DNA of 64,000 nucleotides from Veleropilina oligotropha (Eukaryota): NCBI GenBank assembly GCA_048128005.1, contig JBEUKZ010000054.1, positions 744,001 to 808,000 of the forward strand, read 5' to 3'. Shown piece by piece: positions 13,878 to 23,254 of this stretch (position 1 is its first letter; each line of letters starts with the position of its first letter). The notes under the pieces were generated by a model. It saw only the letters and a program-made list of their open reading frames with translations, ran no database searches and was not told where the DNA came from. The position numbers and the translations under genes were made by a program.

Positions 13878-14012
13878 TTGTCGGCATTGCCCGAGGGGAA
13901 TATGGGTCTATGTACCGGTTTGTGAGAATTTATTAACCAAGACGAAGTCGAGGTTAATAAATTCTCACAAATGGTACATAGACCCATATTTCAAAAGGGC
14001 TATGCCGACAAC
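13878..14012. repeat. Imperfect hairpin, probably the end of a non-autonomous DNA element
   Basis: gttgtcggcat...atatgggtctatgtacc...tgagaatttattaacc pairs with ggttaataaattctcaca...ggtacatagacccatat...atgccgacaac. Confidence 0.7.
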
Positions 14013-14896
14013 GAATTTATCTTACTTCAATATAATAAAATCAAGCCTTTTGAACAAGTTTCTTTTCCAACTTCGTTACTCTGTGAGAGAACCCATTTTA
14101 TATATTCTATTGTTGTTACTAAAAAAACGCGTTCCTAAAATTGTTTTCAGTTCTGCCGAAGATCATGTGTAAAACTTCATATTCAATATAAAAATATTCC
14201 TTCCGTTATAACTGTGATATTTTAGTATAATTGGCATGATTATTGAAAAATACACAAAGTATGTTTGTGTGAAATACATGCATACACAATATACATTATA
14301 TATATATTGAAGATATTGCGACGCGCCTATTAGAATGTAATAATAATGCCTAGAAATAGTCCCTCTCCAGGCAAAGAAATTAAGAATACTCCGTACAGTA
14401 CGGTAAAGAAATGACGTCTCTGCACAGGAGAATAATAGGAAGTCGAAGTAAACACCAAAATTAACTAAATAAGGATAACTGAATATTTATTTTACATGAA
14501 AATGTCAAAAGTGTAAACCGTTACGACTATAAAATGAAGTTGATGCAAAATTTTCGAAACGATGTACGATTCCATGACTTAACATTTGTATTGATGTTCT
14601 GGCCGACGACGTTCCCAATTAACTCCCTTATCTTCAAGAGCGCTCCAAATCACAATAGTACACATACCTACGTAAGGTATAAATAATCCATATGCCCCAC
14701 CTGGGTGGGGAATACGGTAATTGTCGAAGGAACGTTAACCAATCAGAATGCAGTATTAGGAGCTAAAGTAAGATAAATGGACATGTCTGTATCTGACAAC
14801 TTGATTCTATTGCATTGGTGTGTGTTCACTAGTCCTTTAATAGATATAGCTCACAATTTTAGTAGAATGCTATGATGAGGAGGAAGGAGGAATTAT

Positions 14897-15143
14897 GCTT
14901 AATGTCCTGTATATTTATAACATCGAGGTTCAAGGCAGGACATGTCCGTGTTATCGCGGGAGGAAACCCCGGTCGCCCGGGTAAACCCGCCCTCTTCGGC
15001 CAGTCACGGACAACTGTGCTTCATAACTTGAACAAATGTGTGCTGCCTCAGCCGGGGGTCGATCCCACTACTGTTCGCGTCAGCGGAAACAAGCCAGTGA
15101 ATTTAGAGTGGACACTCTACCCACTGCGCTACCGAAGCGGCCC
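14897..15143 (-). mobile_element. tRNA-derived SINE (family B)
   Basis: Minus-strand head gggccgcttcggtagcgcagtgg with A/B-box-like motifs. Related copies at ~9990-10190, 43310-43500, 46870-47105, 54603-54850, 59990-60172 and 63594-63840. Confidence 0.65.
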
Positions 15144-15399
15144 TGCTATGATGATACTGCATGAGTGCCGAAAGTGGACAATGGTCAAGTACATTGGAAC
15201 CTGTCATGTATTGCATTCATGCATGAGGAAGGTTTGAAATCCATTGTTAACAACATTATTGGATAATACATACACCGAAAACAAACAAATTAAACAAAAC
15301 AAAACCGATTGCAAAATTCCGAATCTGAAATAATACGACAAAATAACCACTGTTGGTTTTTATTCGTTGGGGTGTGTGCACATGCAGTTATTAATTATT

Positions 15400-16235
15400 G
15401 GATGATAACGCAGTTTTGAAACAGTCAATAGATATTTAGTTCACTACACTATTGCTAAGTTTGTTCCAATCTAGGGCTGATCTCACAAAGGAGTTTTTAA
15501 AGCCTTTCGGTCTTGGCATGTATTTGTTGGTAGCACTTTTCATTGTTGTTCACTGAGTTTTCGACAATGTTTTTGTGAATATAGTTCTCGTACTTTTTAG
15601 CCCTAATAGTTCGCTTTGGTCGAAGATGTTGCAGATAGTGTTGAATGTTGATGGCCGGTATGTGCCCTTTCATCAGCCTCTGGTGGCATCGTGTCTCCTG
15701 TAGAGTGGTAAGGTCCAGGTCCTTCAGCATGACGGCTACACACCCATCTTGTCTGGATTTGTAGTCCCAGGTGACGAAGCGTGCTGCAGATCGTTGAACA
15801 TGCTCTAGCCTGTCGATGTCGCCTTGCTGATATGGATCCCACACGATACTCCTGTATTCCAGCTTGGATCGGACGAGCGCTAGGTAGGCATTTTTTCGGC
15901 AGTTCTGAGGGGCATGTCTGAGGTTTCTTCTTAGGAAGCCTAGCGTAGAGTTTGCACATTTTGCGGTGTTTGTGATGTGGGTTTTCCATTTCAGATCGTC
16001 AGAGAATATAATGCCTAAATAGGGGTTTTCCTGGACTTGTTTGAGAATTTTGTTGTTTATCGTATAAAAGAAAGATGACTTGGATTTTGTGCCCATTGTT
16101 GGAGGTTTTCTTGTAGGATTTGATAGTCTTTAATAGAGTTGATGGCTCTGTACAGGAGGCAATCGTCTGCAAAGAGTCTGATGTGCGACTTTACCCTTTC
16201 TGGCAGGTCATTGATATGACAGAGAAACAGCATAG
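15400..16235 (-). pseudogene. Truncated CR1/L2-type LINE reverse transcriptase fragment
   Basis: LFLCHINDLP, LFADDCLLY, YLGIIFSDDLKW and LGFLRRNL motifs, with frameshifts. Confidence 0.88.
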
Positions 16236-16370
16236 GTGGCATATAGAACTGCAACTTTTATCTGCTTCAGAAATACACAGTCAATGAAACAAATATAAAA
16301 TCGTTGTTTACAGGAATTTTACCCCTATAACATACGAGACCGGGTTGACGTGCCTTTCATACCCTAGCTT

Positions 16371-16640
16371 AGCAGCAGGGGGGGTCAGTAGACTTTTTAG
16401 AATGGGAAAATACAGCGCCCAGCCCTATTTCAGAACTCAGGGTGCTCGGACTAGTCAGCAGGGGAGTTTAGACTAGGGCCCCGGGGCGACCGGGAAGGCT
16501 CCCAGCTATATTTCAGACCCCAGGGTATATCGTGTATTACAAAAAAGTTACCGTGTGTACAGCGACATAGAGCCCCCAGGGACGGCCCACTACCCTCGCC
16601 GGCCCGGGCTCCTCAGTTATGCGAGCAGTAGCAGGGGGGG
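16371..16640 (+). repeat. Left terminal inverted repeat
   Basis: Reverse complement of 32857-33126; I found no mismatch by eye. Confidence 0.95.
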
Positions 16641-17255
16641 GGGGGTCAGTGTACTTTTTAGAATGGGAAAATACAGCGCCCAGCACCATTTCAGAACCGA
16701 GCTGGTATTACTGTGGGGAACTAGGGATGTTCCCGGGGGTTAAATTATAACACTTACCTATGCTAGCCTGGCTCCTGTATGTTAATAGCTGTAACGTTAT
16801 ACCAGGAAGTATTGTTTCGCTATCAGAGTAATAATCGTAGCATGACAACAGGAAAATCTAGGACGACTTATGCGGTTGAATGGACGGCTATAGCTCATCG
16901 AGTCAATGAATAGCAATAACTCCATGAATACAAAAGCGAGCAGGCTCGCACAATAGCGTGCACTAGAGTGCAGCAGGTGTCATTTAAATTAAAACGCTTA
17001 CCTGTGGATAGTTCGGATTCCTCTTTAGTTTTTATCATGTTTTGGTACTTAGTGTCCCTGCGGTTTTTGGCTATAGCCAGTTCAAGTCTCTGCACCTACA
17101 GCCAAGTCGTCAAAACAGATTTTTTCAAGCCAATACCTTGGTCATCAGCCATTTCGGCCTGTGAGGCCTCGTCAGAGTATCTACCAGATACTGATGGCCC
17201 CGACTGACCAAGTTATGGTGGTGTGTCGGGTGCCTAGTTCTGTTGTTACGGTTGC

Positions 17256-17543
17256 CTATTCGTCGTCCTTCAGTAGGCTTTGCAGCCTGCGTACATCTGC
17301 GGCTGCTGCATCATGGGCAATTTCAAGCTCACGGAGTTTTTCGAGCATTTTTTTCATCCTCCACTTGGTTTTTTTCATGTTTTGGTATATGTTGTCCTTT
17401 CGATTTTTGGTTCGGGCCAGTTCCAGTCTTGTCGTATTTTTCGATACCTGATTATCGGCGGCTTCTTCATGCAGAAAGTTCTCGACAAAACCACGCTGTT
17501 GGTCCATTGTCAAATTAGGTAGTTTTCTTGTAATGCTATCCAT
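17256..17543 (-). CDS. Viral hypothetical coiled-coil protein (95 aa)
   Basis: ATG ORF with a TATATAAG box ~30 nt upstream (17573-17580). Heptad-like C-terminus. A paralogous segment lies at 16895-17095. Confidence 0.55.
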   Translation of the reverse strand: MDSITRKLPNLTMDQQRGFVENFLHEEAADNQVSKNTTRLELARTKNRKDNIYQNMKKTKWRMKKMLEKLRELEIAHDAAAADVRRLQSLLKDDE

Positions 17544-17572
17544 TTGTATGTGACTCGATACGTTATGGGGAG

Positions 17573-17795
17573 CTTATATAGTTTCTCTGTGCGTTCTACG
17601 GCCTTCTAGATCAGTTTATTGCCACATTCCCATATATAACCTCTGACGATATCTGTACTTTCTAGAAGCTTTCCACGTACACATTTCCATATATAACTTG
17701 TTGACGAGCTCTGTTCGTTCTAGAGCTTTCCACGTACACATACCTGTTGACGATCTGTGATCATTCTAGAAGGCTGTATTGCCACGTGACCATGA
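17573..17795 (-). promoter_or_regulatory. TATA box plus imperfect ~50-60-bp repeats with HSE-like TTCTAGA(A), TGACG and CCACG motifs
   Basis: TTCTAGA at 17604, 17660, 17718 and 17764. TGACG occurs three times and CCACGT three times. Confidence 0.45.
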
Positions 17796-18390
17796 CTCCA
17801 CTAGATTACTGTCTACCATGTAAACATGGGGACTGATATATTCTTTCTGTGCTAAACGGAATGTTGGGGACCAGAACAAGAAATCTGGGCCAATCTTTCT
17901 TGACTTGATCCAGTAACTTTCTATATCTGGGTCGACTCGGGACAGCGAGGTATTTCATTCATACGCGCAGAAGCGGCCAGACAGCATTTCTATAGTACTA
18001 TAGAAATGGCGTGTCATGCTTTTAACAACTGTTGCCATTCATAAATCAGGCACAAATGAACCAAGTAGATAGCTGCATGGGATATTAATATTATTATTTA
18101 ATACATTGATGTCTCTCCTAGTGTAGTTCTAAGCGCAGTACAAACTATAACTAATATTACAGTACAATGTACACAAGAATATACAGGAGAGACATCAATG
18201 ATACATACTTAAGCAATAATAATAATAAACAGAATATTTTTTTCGAGTTTTTCAATTTTATCTTTTTTTTTACAAGCGCAATCAGACAAAGAGGTGAAGC
18301 AGCCCCTGCGTGAACTTCAACCAACTTTGAATGGTACAATATACGCAGGGGAAAGCCGGAAAAATATGTTTTAATGCAGGAGCAGCTGGT

Positions 18391-18822
18391 TTATATGAAT
18401 ATATAGTTACCCGATATTAAAGTACAATTACAGGGTGAGATTTGTCCGACTTTTCTCCACACACCGAAGCAGCCAGACAGCATGGTATAATACTCCCCAT
18501 TTTTTCCAGGACATAACGAGGGGGTCGAACACTGGACACATGTGACAGTATCTCTTGGTGTGGCAGGGCTACAGTCATTCTCTCCGATAATAAAATAGTG
18601 GCATGACGGTGGAGAGACATCAGGGGTGGGGTCTCTACCCGGGCGTAGTAGCAAGTTTCTTCGCAAGTGATCGAATCGGGGGTTATACCTGGGATGATTT
18701 CGGTACCTAGTCCACGTATGTTCCAGAATTAATGCAGTGTTGTGTGTCGACGCCTGGGTAGACACACCCCCTAGCCAGCACACCGCGGCAATACACAGTA
18801 GCATAGATTTCATGGATTTCAT
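18391..18822 (-). CDS. Viral secreted Cys-rich protein (143 aa), possible cystine-knot fold
   Basis: N-terminal signal-peptide-like segment, an RR dibasic site, and a C-terminal domain with 8 Cys ending in CxC. Confidence 0.7.
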   Translation of the reverse strand: MKSMKSMLLCIAAVCWLGGVSTQASTHNTALILEHTWTRYRNHPRYNPRFDHLRRNLLLRPGRDPTPDVSPPSCHYFIIGENDCSPATPRDTVTCVQCSTPSLCPGKNGEYYTMLSGCFGVWRKVGQISPCNCTLISGNYIFI

Positions 18823-18904
18823 GGTTGTCCAGATATCACTGTCGATTTCTAGCTTTAATACGGGGGAGGAGCGGGGTAGTCGTGGCTACGCTCAACCTGG
18901 ATAG

Positions 18905-19540
18905 TTAGTCGCCAGCTCCGATTTTTTTCAGCAGCTCTGCGCGACCCTCTAAACGACCTCGCTCAATAAGCTCGCTTTGGGTCTGTGAAATCGCGGTGTG
19001 CGCCTTCCTACTCTTATCCCGGATTGATGCCTTCATGGCTTGGTATTTTTCCATCTCCCCTGTGACCAGTTGGAATTCATCATCAGACATCACCCCGTCC
19101 GATAATGCCTTTGAGACGTGGTCGGTTATGGTATTCAGCTTGCTGTCGGCCAGGACTCGAATCTCGTCGTGTTTCTTAGCCTTCACCCCGAGGCGCCGGC
19201 TGATATACTTTCCACCCATACTAGCGAGCCCACACCCTAATGCCGCTAGTTCCAGCACTAGGACGACCGGGGCGGCTACAATTGTGGACAGTAGACCAAT
19301 TCCAGCGCTACCCATACCAAGTGTGGCGACGACTAGTCCGTTATCTATACCGTCAACGACGTTAACACCTCGTCGGTACTTTTTATATAGTGCAGCCCGA
19401 GCATCCCGTTCTCGTTCTAGCTGCCCCTGAAGCTCATTCACTTTCTGTAGTCGGAAAGACTGTGCCTCATGCAGTTCCGAAGGCACATCGCCACCAAGTT
19501 GTGGGTACAGCGTTGGCGCTGAGGGTTTGTTGTCCATCAT
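18905..19540 (-). CDS. Viral membrane protein with PSAP/LYPxL late-domain motifs (211 aa from ATG 19540)
   Basis: MMDNKPSAPTLYPQL, then a coiled coil, a long Gly/Ala-rich hydrophobic hairpin and a helical C-terminus. Its ATG overlaps the upstream stop (ATGA). Confidence 0.85.
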   Translation of the reverse strand: MMDNKPSAPTLYPQLGGDVPSELHEAQSFRLQKVNELQGQLERERDARAALYKKYRRGVNVVDGIDNGLVVATLGMGSAGIGLLSTIVAAPVVLVLELAALGCGLASMGGKYISRRLGVKAKKHDEIRVLADSKLNTITDHVSKALSDGVMSDDEFQLVTGEMEKYQAMKASIRDKSRKAHTAISQTQSELIERGRLEGRAELLKKIGAGD

Positions 19541-19884
19541 ACGTGGCTGTATTGTTCCGCCTGTTTGTTTAAAATGTCTACTGTAACGTTCAAATACAGA
19601 GTGCCGACCCACGGGGCCTTGATGACAAAGGCGAGGGTTAACTTATCCGAATCCAGGCTGAGTTTACTTATGGAACATGCCTTGGGGCCCCCGGCCGGCT
19701 GGACCGGCGTCAGGTGGATCATTAGAAGGGCTGGGTTCAACCCGAACCGACCTCTAGTGTTTGGAAACATGAACTCCCTCCTCGCCAGCCCCTTATTGGG
19801 CGCTACCCCACAATTAAGGACAAAGTGCCACCGGGTCGGGGAAGAGGGCTCGTCTGCAAGCAGGGTCCCGTAGATGCTGCTCAT
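19537..19884 (-). CDS. Viral hypothetical protein (115 aa)
   Basis: Fills the gap exactly, with ATGA start/stop overlaps at both ends. Confidence 0.65.
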   Translation of the reverse strand: MSSIYGTLLADEPSSPTRWHFVLNCGVAPNKGLARREFMFPNTRGRFGLNPALLMIHLTPVQPAGGPKACSISKLSLDSDKLTLAFVIKAPWVGTLYLNVTVDILNKQAEQYSHV

Positions 19885-20621
19885 TGTATCGCAAGGACTG
19901 CGGAAATAGGCATACCGTGATTGTCGAGCGGTTTACCATCTGAGTCTGTGACGTAAACCTTCAACTCTGTGATTAGCCCGGCCTGTAGTCGCCGGCCGGC
20001 GGGATAGCTATGATAGTGGCCAGCTTCACCGAACATCTGCGACGTGATAGGGACCACCGCGAGAATAGTGCTCGGGGCGCCGTCCTGCACATTGTGCGTT
20101 GTACTAAGCTGCTCCAGGTGAACGTGCAGGGTTGGCGCTATGGCAAACCCGACAGGCTTATTCCCGTCATAAGTCCCAGGGCGTAGCCACTCGGATCTCT
20201 CCGGAGGGGGAGGTGGTTGGCCCTGTACTCCCCGAACCGGTTGGTTCAGATTCCCTGCTTTATCGAGAATAAACGAAGAGAGGTCTAAGCCGAGGAGTTT
20301 TCGTATATCGTCGCTTATCGCGAGTCGAGTCCCCTCTGGGACCACGATTCGGGCGAGCCCTGTAGCATGGCTTACATCTAGTTGTAGGTTAACTAGCGAC
20401 CTCTTCATCGTCTTGGCGAGGTCATCGAAGCTGTAGAAACCTGGTGCCACATCGACCGTGGTATCCGGTGTCTTAAAGAAGGCTCCGGCATGCACATTGT
20501 GCCAGCCTACCCAATAGTCGAGCGACTGCAAGCTGACACATAGCTTGCCGTCCCGGTTATCAATCGGCTCCAGGAGGGCAACCGCGGTCCCCTCTTGAAC
20601 GTTTGTTAATGTGTGAAACAT
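19881..20621 (-). CDS. Minor capsid protein (penton, single jelly roll)
   Basis: PGFYS..L, LLGL and the C-terminal ITELKVYVTDSDGKPLDNHGMPISAVLAI pattern are typical of Polinton/virophage pentons. Size fits. Confidence 0.8.
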   Translation of the reverse strand: MFHTLTNVQEGTAVALLEPIDNRDGKLCVSLQSLDYWVGWHNVHAGAFFKTPDTTVDVAPGFYSFDDLAKTMKRSLVNLQLDVSHATGLARIVVPEGTRLAISDDIRKLLGLDLSSFILDKAGNLNQPVRGVQGQPPPPPERSEWLRPGTYDGNKPVGFAIAPTLHVHLEQLSTTHNVQDGAPSTILAVVPITSQMFGEAGHYHSYPAGRRLQAGLITELKVYVTDSDGKPLDNHGMPISAVLAIQ

Positions 20622-20628
20622 AGTAGCT

Positions 20629-21912
20629 ATGGCTAAGAGCGCCTTTGCGTTTAATAGGAGTGCGGCCTATCCGACCGGTGTGGTGTACCCAGCAAAGATC
20701 AAAGATGAGCAGCTTACGAGACCAAGCATCAATGTGGGTAATAGCTCAACCACTACATTCGGGGCAACATACCCTGACGTCTTTCAGAAATACCGCCTCC
20801 CTCATGTCGCTAGTGACGGGCTGATAAGGGATTGGAACAGCACGCCGATGAGGTTCTGGCAGAACAAGGTCAATTTCGCAGTTTGGTGTGCCACAACAGG
20901 TTCCGGAATCTCCTCAGAAGACCACTTAAATGCGACCGACCCCCTCTCCACTGCTGTATTCACCTTCCACGTCTACTATCAGGTCAGACGAATCTTATCC
21001 GAAATTCAGGCGCCGCTGCCACAGGACCGGACGTGGGATGCATTCGACAACCCGTATGACCGCAGGGCATATGAGAAGATCTGCAGCGAATTTGGGGTGT
21101 CTCCCCATACCGACTGGCGTGTCAAGGGTCCCAACGGCGGACTAGGCACCGCTTACAGCTACTGGACGAACAACGGCTACCACCCCATCGGACGTGACTA
21201 TGATCCAAGCCGAATGTCCTTCACCAAAGGTACGACCAACACGAATCTGCACGTGGACTACATCGCGCAAGCGCCTGCACTTAAAAACGGTTGGGCTACT
21301 TTTATTCTGGACAGGTCGGTGGGATTCACGAGGGCCGGCGTGGAAAGGCTCAATGATTCCATCAGGACCTACGTCTGGGCTATTCTTGGAGCACAGGCTC
21401 AAACGCGTGCAAGTATTCTGGGTAGTGGGACGGCGTTTGACGCACAGAAACAGTTCCTGGCGAACGTGGAAGACGCCATCGCATCCCCCGTTGACCTCCC
21501 AGCAGCCATCAAACGGTACCAAGAGGTGCTCCAGTATGCGAGGTCCAAAGTGGACTTCGTATTCGGCGTTGGCCTGTACATGGCGCCAAGTAACATGCTT
21601 CTACGGATCGGGCAGGTGGCTGGTTATAACAATGAGATCGTCGTCGCCACGGAAGACCAGACCCTAGGTCTTAATACTACGGTGAACGCGGCCAATCCTG
21701 TGCCGCACAACGCCACTGGGGATACTGGAGAAACAGGACTGGTTATTCCACAAGACGCAGATGCAAGCATACCGGTAGTTACTCCGAAGCATCCAAGCTC
21801 TCTGCCAGCTGTGGCCTCAGTGGCGGCTGTTCCAGCGGCACATGACGAGGAGAAAACCGCACTTATCGTGGGCGGCATTGTCGTTGGCCTAGCGTTCATT
21901 TGGCTTACGTGA
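20629..21912 (+). CDS. Viral hypothetical protein with C-terminal membrane anchor (427 aa)
   Basis: Long intact ORF. A globular-looking region is followed by a Pro/Ala linker and ALIVGGIVVGLAFIWL at the C-terminus. Confidence 0.85.
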   Translation: MAKSAFAFNRSAAYPTGVVYPAKIKDEQLTRPSINVGNSSTTTFGATYPDVFQKYRLPHVASDGLIRDWNSTPMRFWQNKVNFAVWCATTGSGISSEDHLNATDPLSTAVFTFHVYYQVRRILSEIQAPLPQDRTWDAFDNPYDRRAYEKICSEFGVSPHTDWRVKGPNGGLGTAYSYWTNNGYHPIGRDYDPSRMSFTKGTTNTNLHVDYIAQAPALKNGWATFILDRSVGFTRAGVERLNDSIRTYVWAILGAQAQTRASILGSGTAFDAQKQFLANVEDAIASPVDLPAAIKRYQEVLQYARSKVDFVFGVGLYMAPSNMLLRIGQVAGYNNEIVVATEDQTLGLNTTVNAANPVPHNATGDTGETGLVIPQDADASIPVVTPKHPSSLPAVASVAAVPAAHDEEKTALIVGGIVVGLAFIWLT

Positions 21913-23218
21913 CCCACTGTCTAGCGGCAATAAGAAGCAAGCCCCCAACTGATATGACCAGTGCCCATAGGTTTTCAGCGAGCCACGACGCAGTCTTGCC
22001 AATCAGGTTGATTAGCCAGGAGACCAGGCTTCCAAGTATTCCTGGGAGTGCGGCTGCGGCCTTCCCTGCTAGTTTGCCCAGAATCCGACCCAGGGTCTTC
22101 AGCTGCTTTTTTACCCACTCCTTGACCCCGCCCTGACCACTGGGAGGTGGTGGTGTTGGTGGTATGCTCGGCGCTCCACCTGTCAGGGCTAGTACCAAAG
22201 TCGAGATGGCGAGCCCGATAGCGGTCAGTATTGTTGCGATCGTAACCCCTTGCTCGCGGAACAGGGTCCGGATACGCTCGGCCAGCGTTGTGTCGGTGTT
22301 CAGGATCCGACTTATCATCTCTCGGATCCGGCTGATTTGAGAGCGAAGGGCCTCCCGGCTTGATGATGCTGCCTCTAGGCGAGCTGCTCTTTCATCATTC
22401 AGGTCGCGCAGACGTTCCGCGATCCGTCGACGGATGAACTCATCCACACCGCCCTCTTCATCTGCCTGATCGAGCTTCATCTTCTCCAGCTCTATGTGTT
22501 CGTCCAGCGCCGTTAGTTTGGCTAGATTGTTGGTTAGTTCGCCTCGGATGGTCTGCATCGCCTTGTCAAGTCCGCGAAGCTCGCGAAGATTTAATGGAGG
22601 GTCCCCCATTGTGCCTAAGATCTCTTCAACCTCGGTATCAGTGAATTTCGTCTCCATCGTGTGGATTGCTACCGAGGCATCAGTAGCAGTCTGCCCCAAG
22701 TCCCGCAGTTCTACGTTTTCGACATTAGCGGCCGCACCGCTCAACTCAGTGTCGGCTGCCTGAAGAACTGCAACCGCTTTTGAGGCCAGCTTTTTTTCCC
22801 CCCGCGTCCAGTGTACAAAACCCAACCCTTCACGGATTGCATCACCCCCACCAGGCCGGCCAGCTATTGTTGACAACGCCAAGGGGTTGCCGGTGCGAGA
22901 ATTTATGAGATTGATGTCGGGGTAGTCCGTCATCACCAATTTCCCCCCCCTCCCTAATTTTCCCCTCACATACTTGAATTTTGAATAATCTCGCCCCGTG
23001 GCTGGGGTCTGCCCCTCCTGTGCCAGGGCTTTGTAGTAGTCGTCAACCACGCCCTGAACGAGCTCTTGCTGAAGACTGCTGGTTCCTTCCTGTGGCCGTT
23101 CCGAAAGAACAGGCATAAACCGGTCGGTGGATAGATCCACATCAGTATCGTCGATGATGGTATCATCGTTGTCGATGAGATCGTCCGGCTCGAATGCGGG
23201 GTTCTCGAATTCCGCCAT
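21905..23218 (-). CDS. Viral coiled-coil membrane protein (437 aa)
   Basis: Acidic N-terminus and a long coiled coil, then a hydrophobic helix (GVTIATILTAIGLAISTLVLAL), a poly-Pro hinge, and amphipathic and hydrophobic C-terminal helices. Confidence 0.85.
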   Translation of the reverse strand: MAEFENPAFEPDDLIDNDDTIIDDTDVDLSTDRFMPVLSERPQEGTSSLQQELVQGVVDDYYKALAQEGQTPATGRDYSKFKYVRGKLGRGGKLVMTDYPDINLINSRTGNPLALSTIAGRPGGGDAIREGLGFVHWTRGEKKLASKAVAVLQAADTELSGAAANVENVELRDLGQTATDASVAIHTMETKFTDTEVEEILGTMGDPPLNLRELRGLDKAMQTIRGELTNNLAKLTALDEHIELEKMKLDQADEEGGVDEFIRRRIAERLRDLNDERAARLEAASSSREALRSQISRIREMISRILNTDTTLAERIRTLFREQGVTIATILTAIGLAISTLVLALTGGAPSIPPTPPPPSGQGGVKEWVKKQLKTLGRILGKLAGKAAAALPGILGSLVSWLINLIGKTASWLAENLWALVISVGGLLLIAARQWVT

Positions 23219-23254
23219 TTGAATACATCAGTGGGATACGCATCTAATTCAGCC

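Noticed and set aside
16365..16371. Alternative 7-bp TSD (TAGCTTA) with element 16372-33125
   Set aside because: Formally possible, but AG...CT termini with a 5-bp TSD fit integrase-mobilised Polinton-type ends better. Other copies are needed to settle it.
16555..16743. ORF pair MYSDIEPPG... (also 32736-32942)
   Set aside because: GTG-start frames that are identical only because they lie in the TIRs.
18905..19612. 235-aa version of the late-domain protein and TTG/GTG-extended starts of MCP, integrase and replicase
   Set aside because: Downstream ATGs (19540, 23255, 27361, 32233) fit eukaryotic initiation and the gene packing better.
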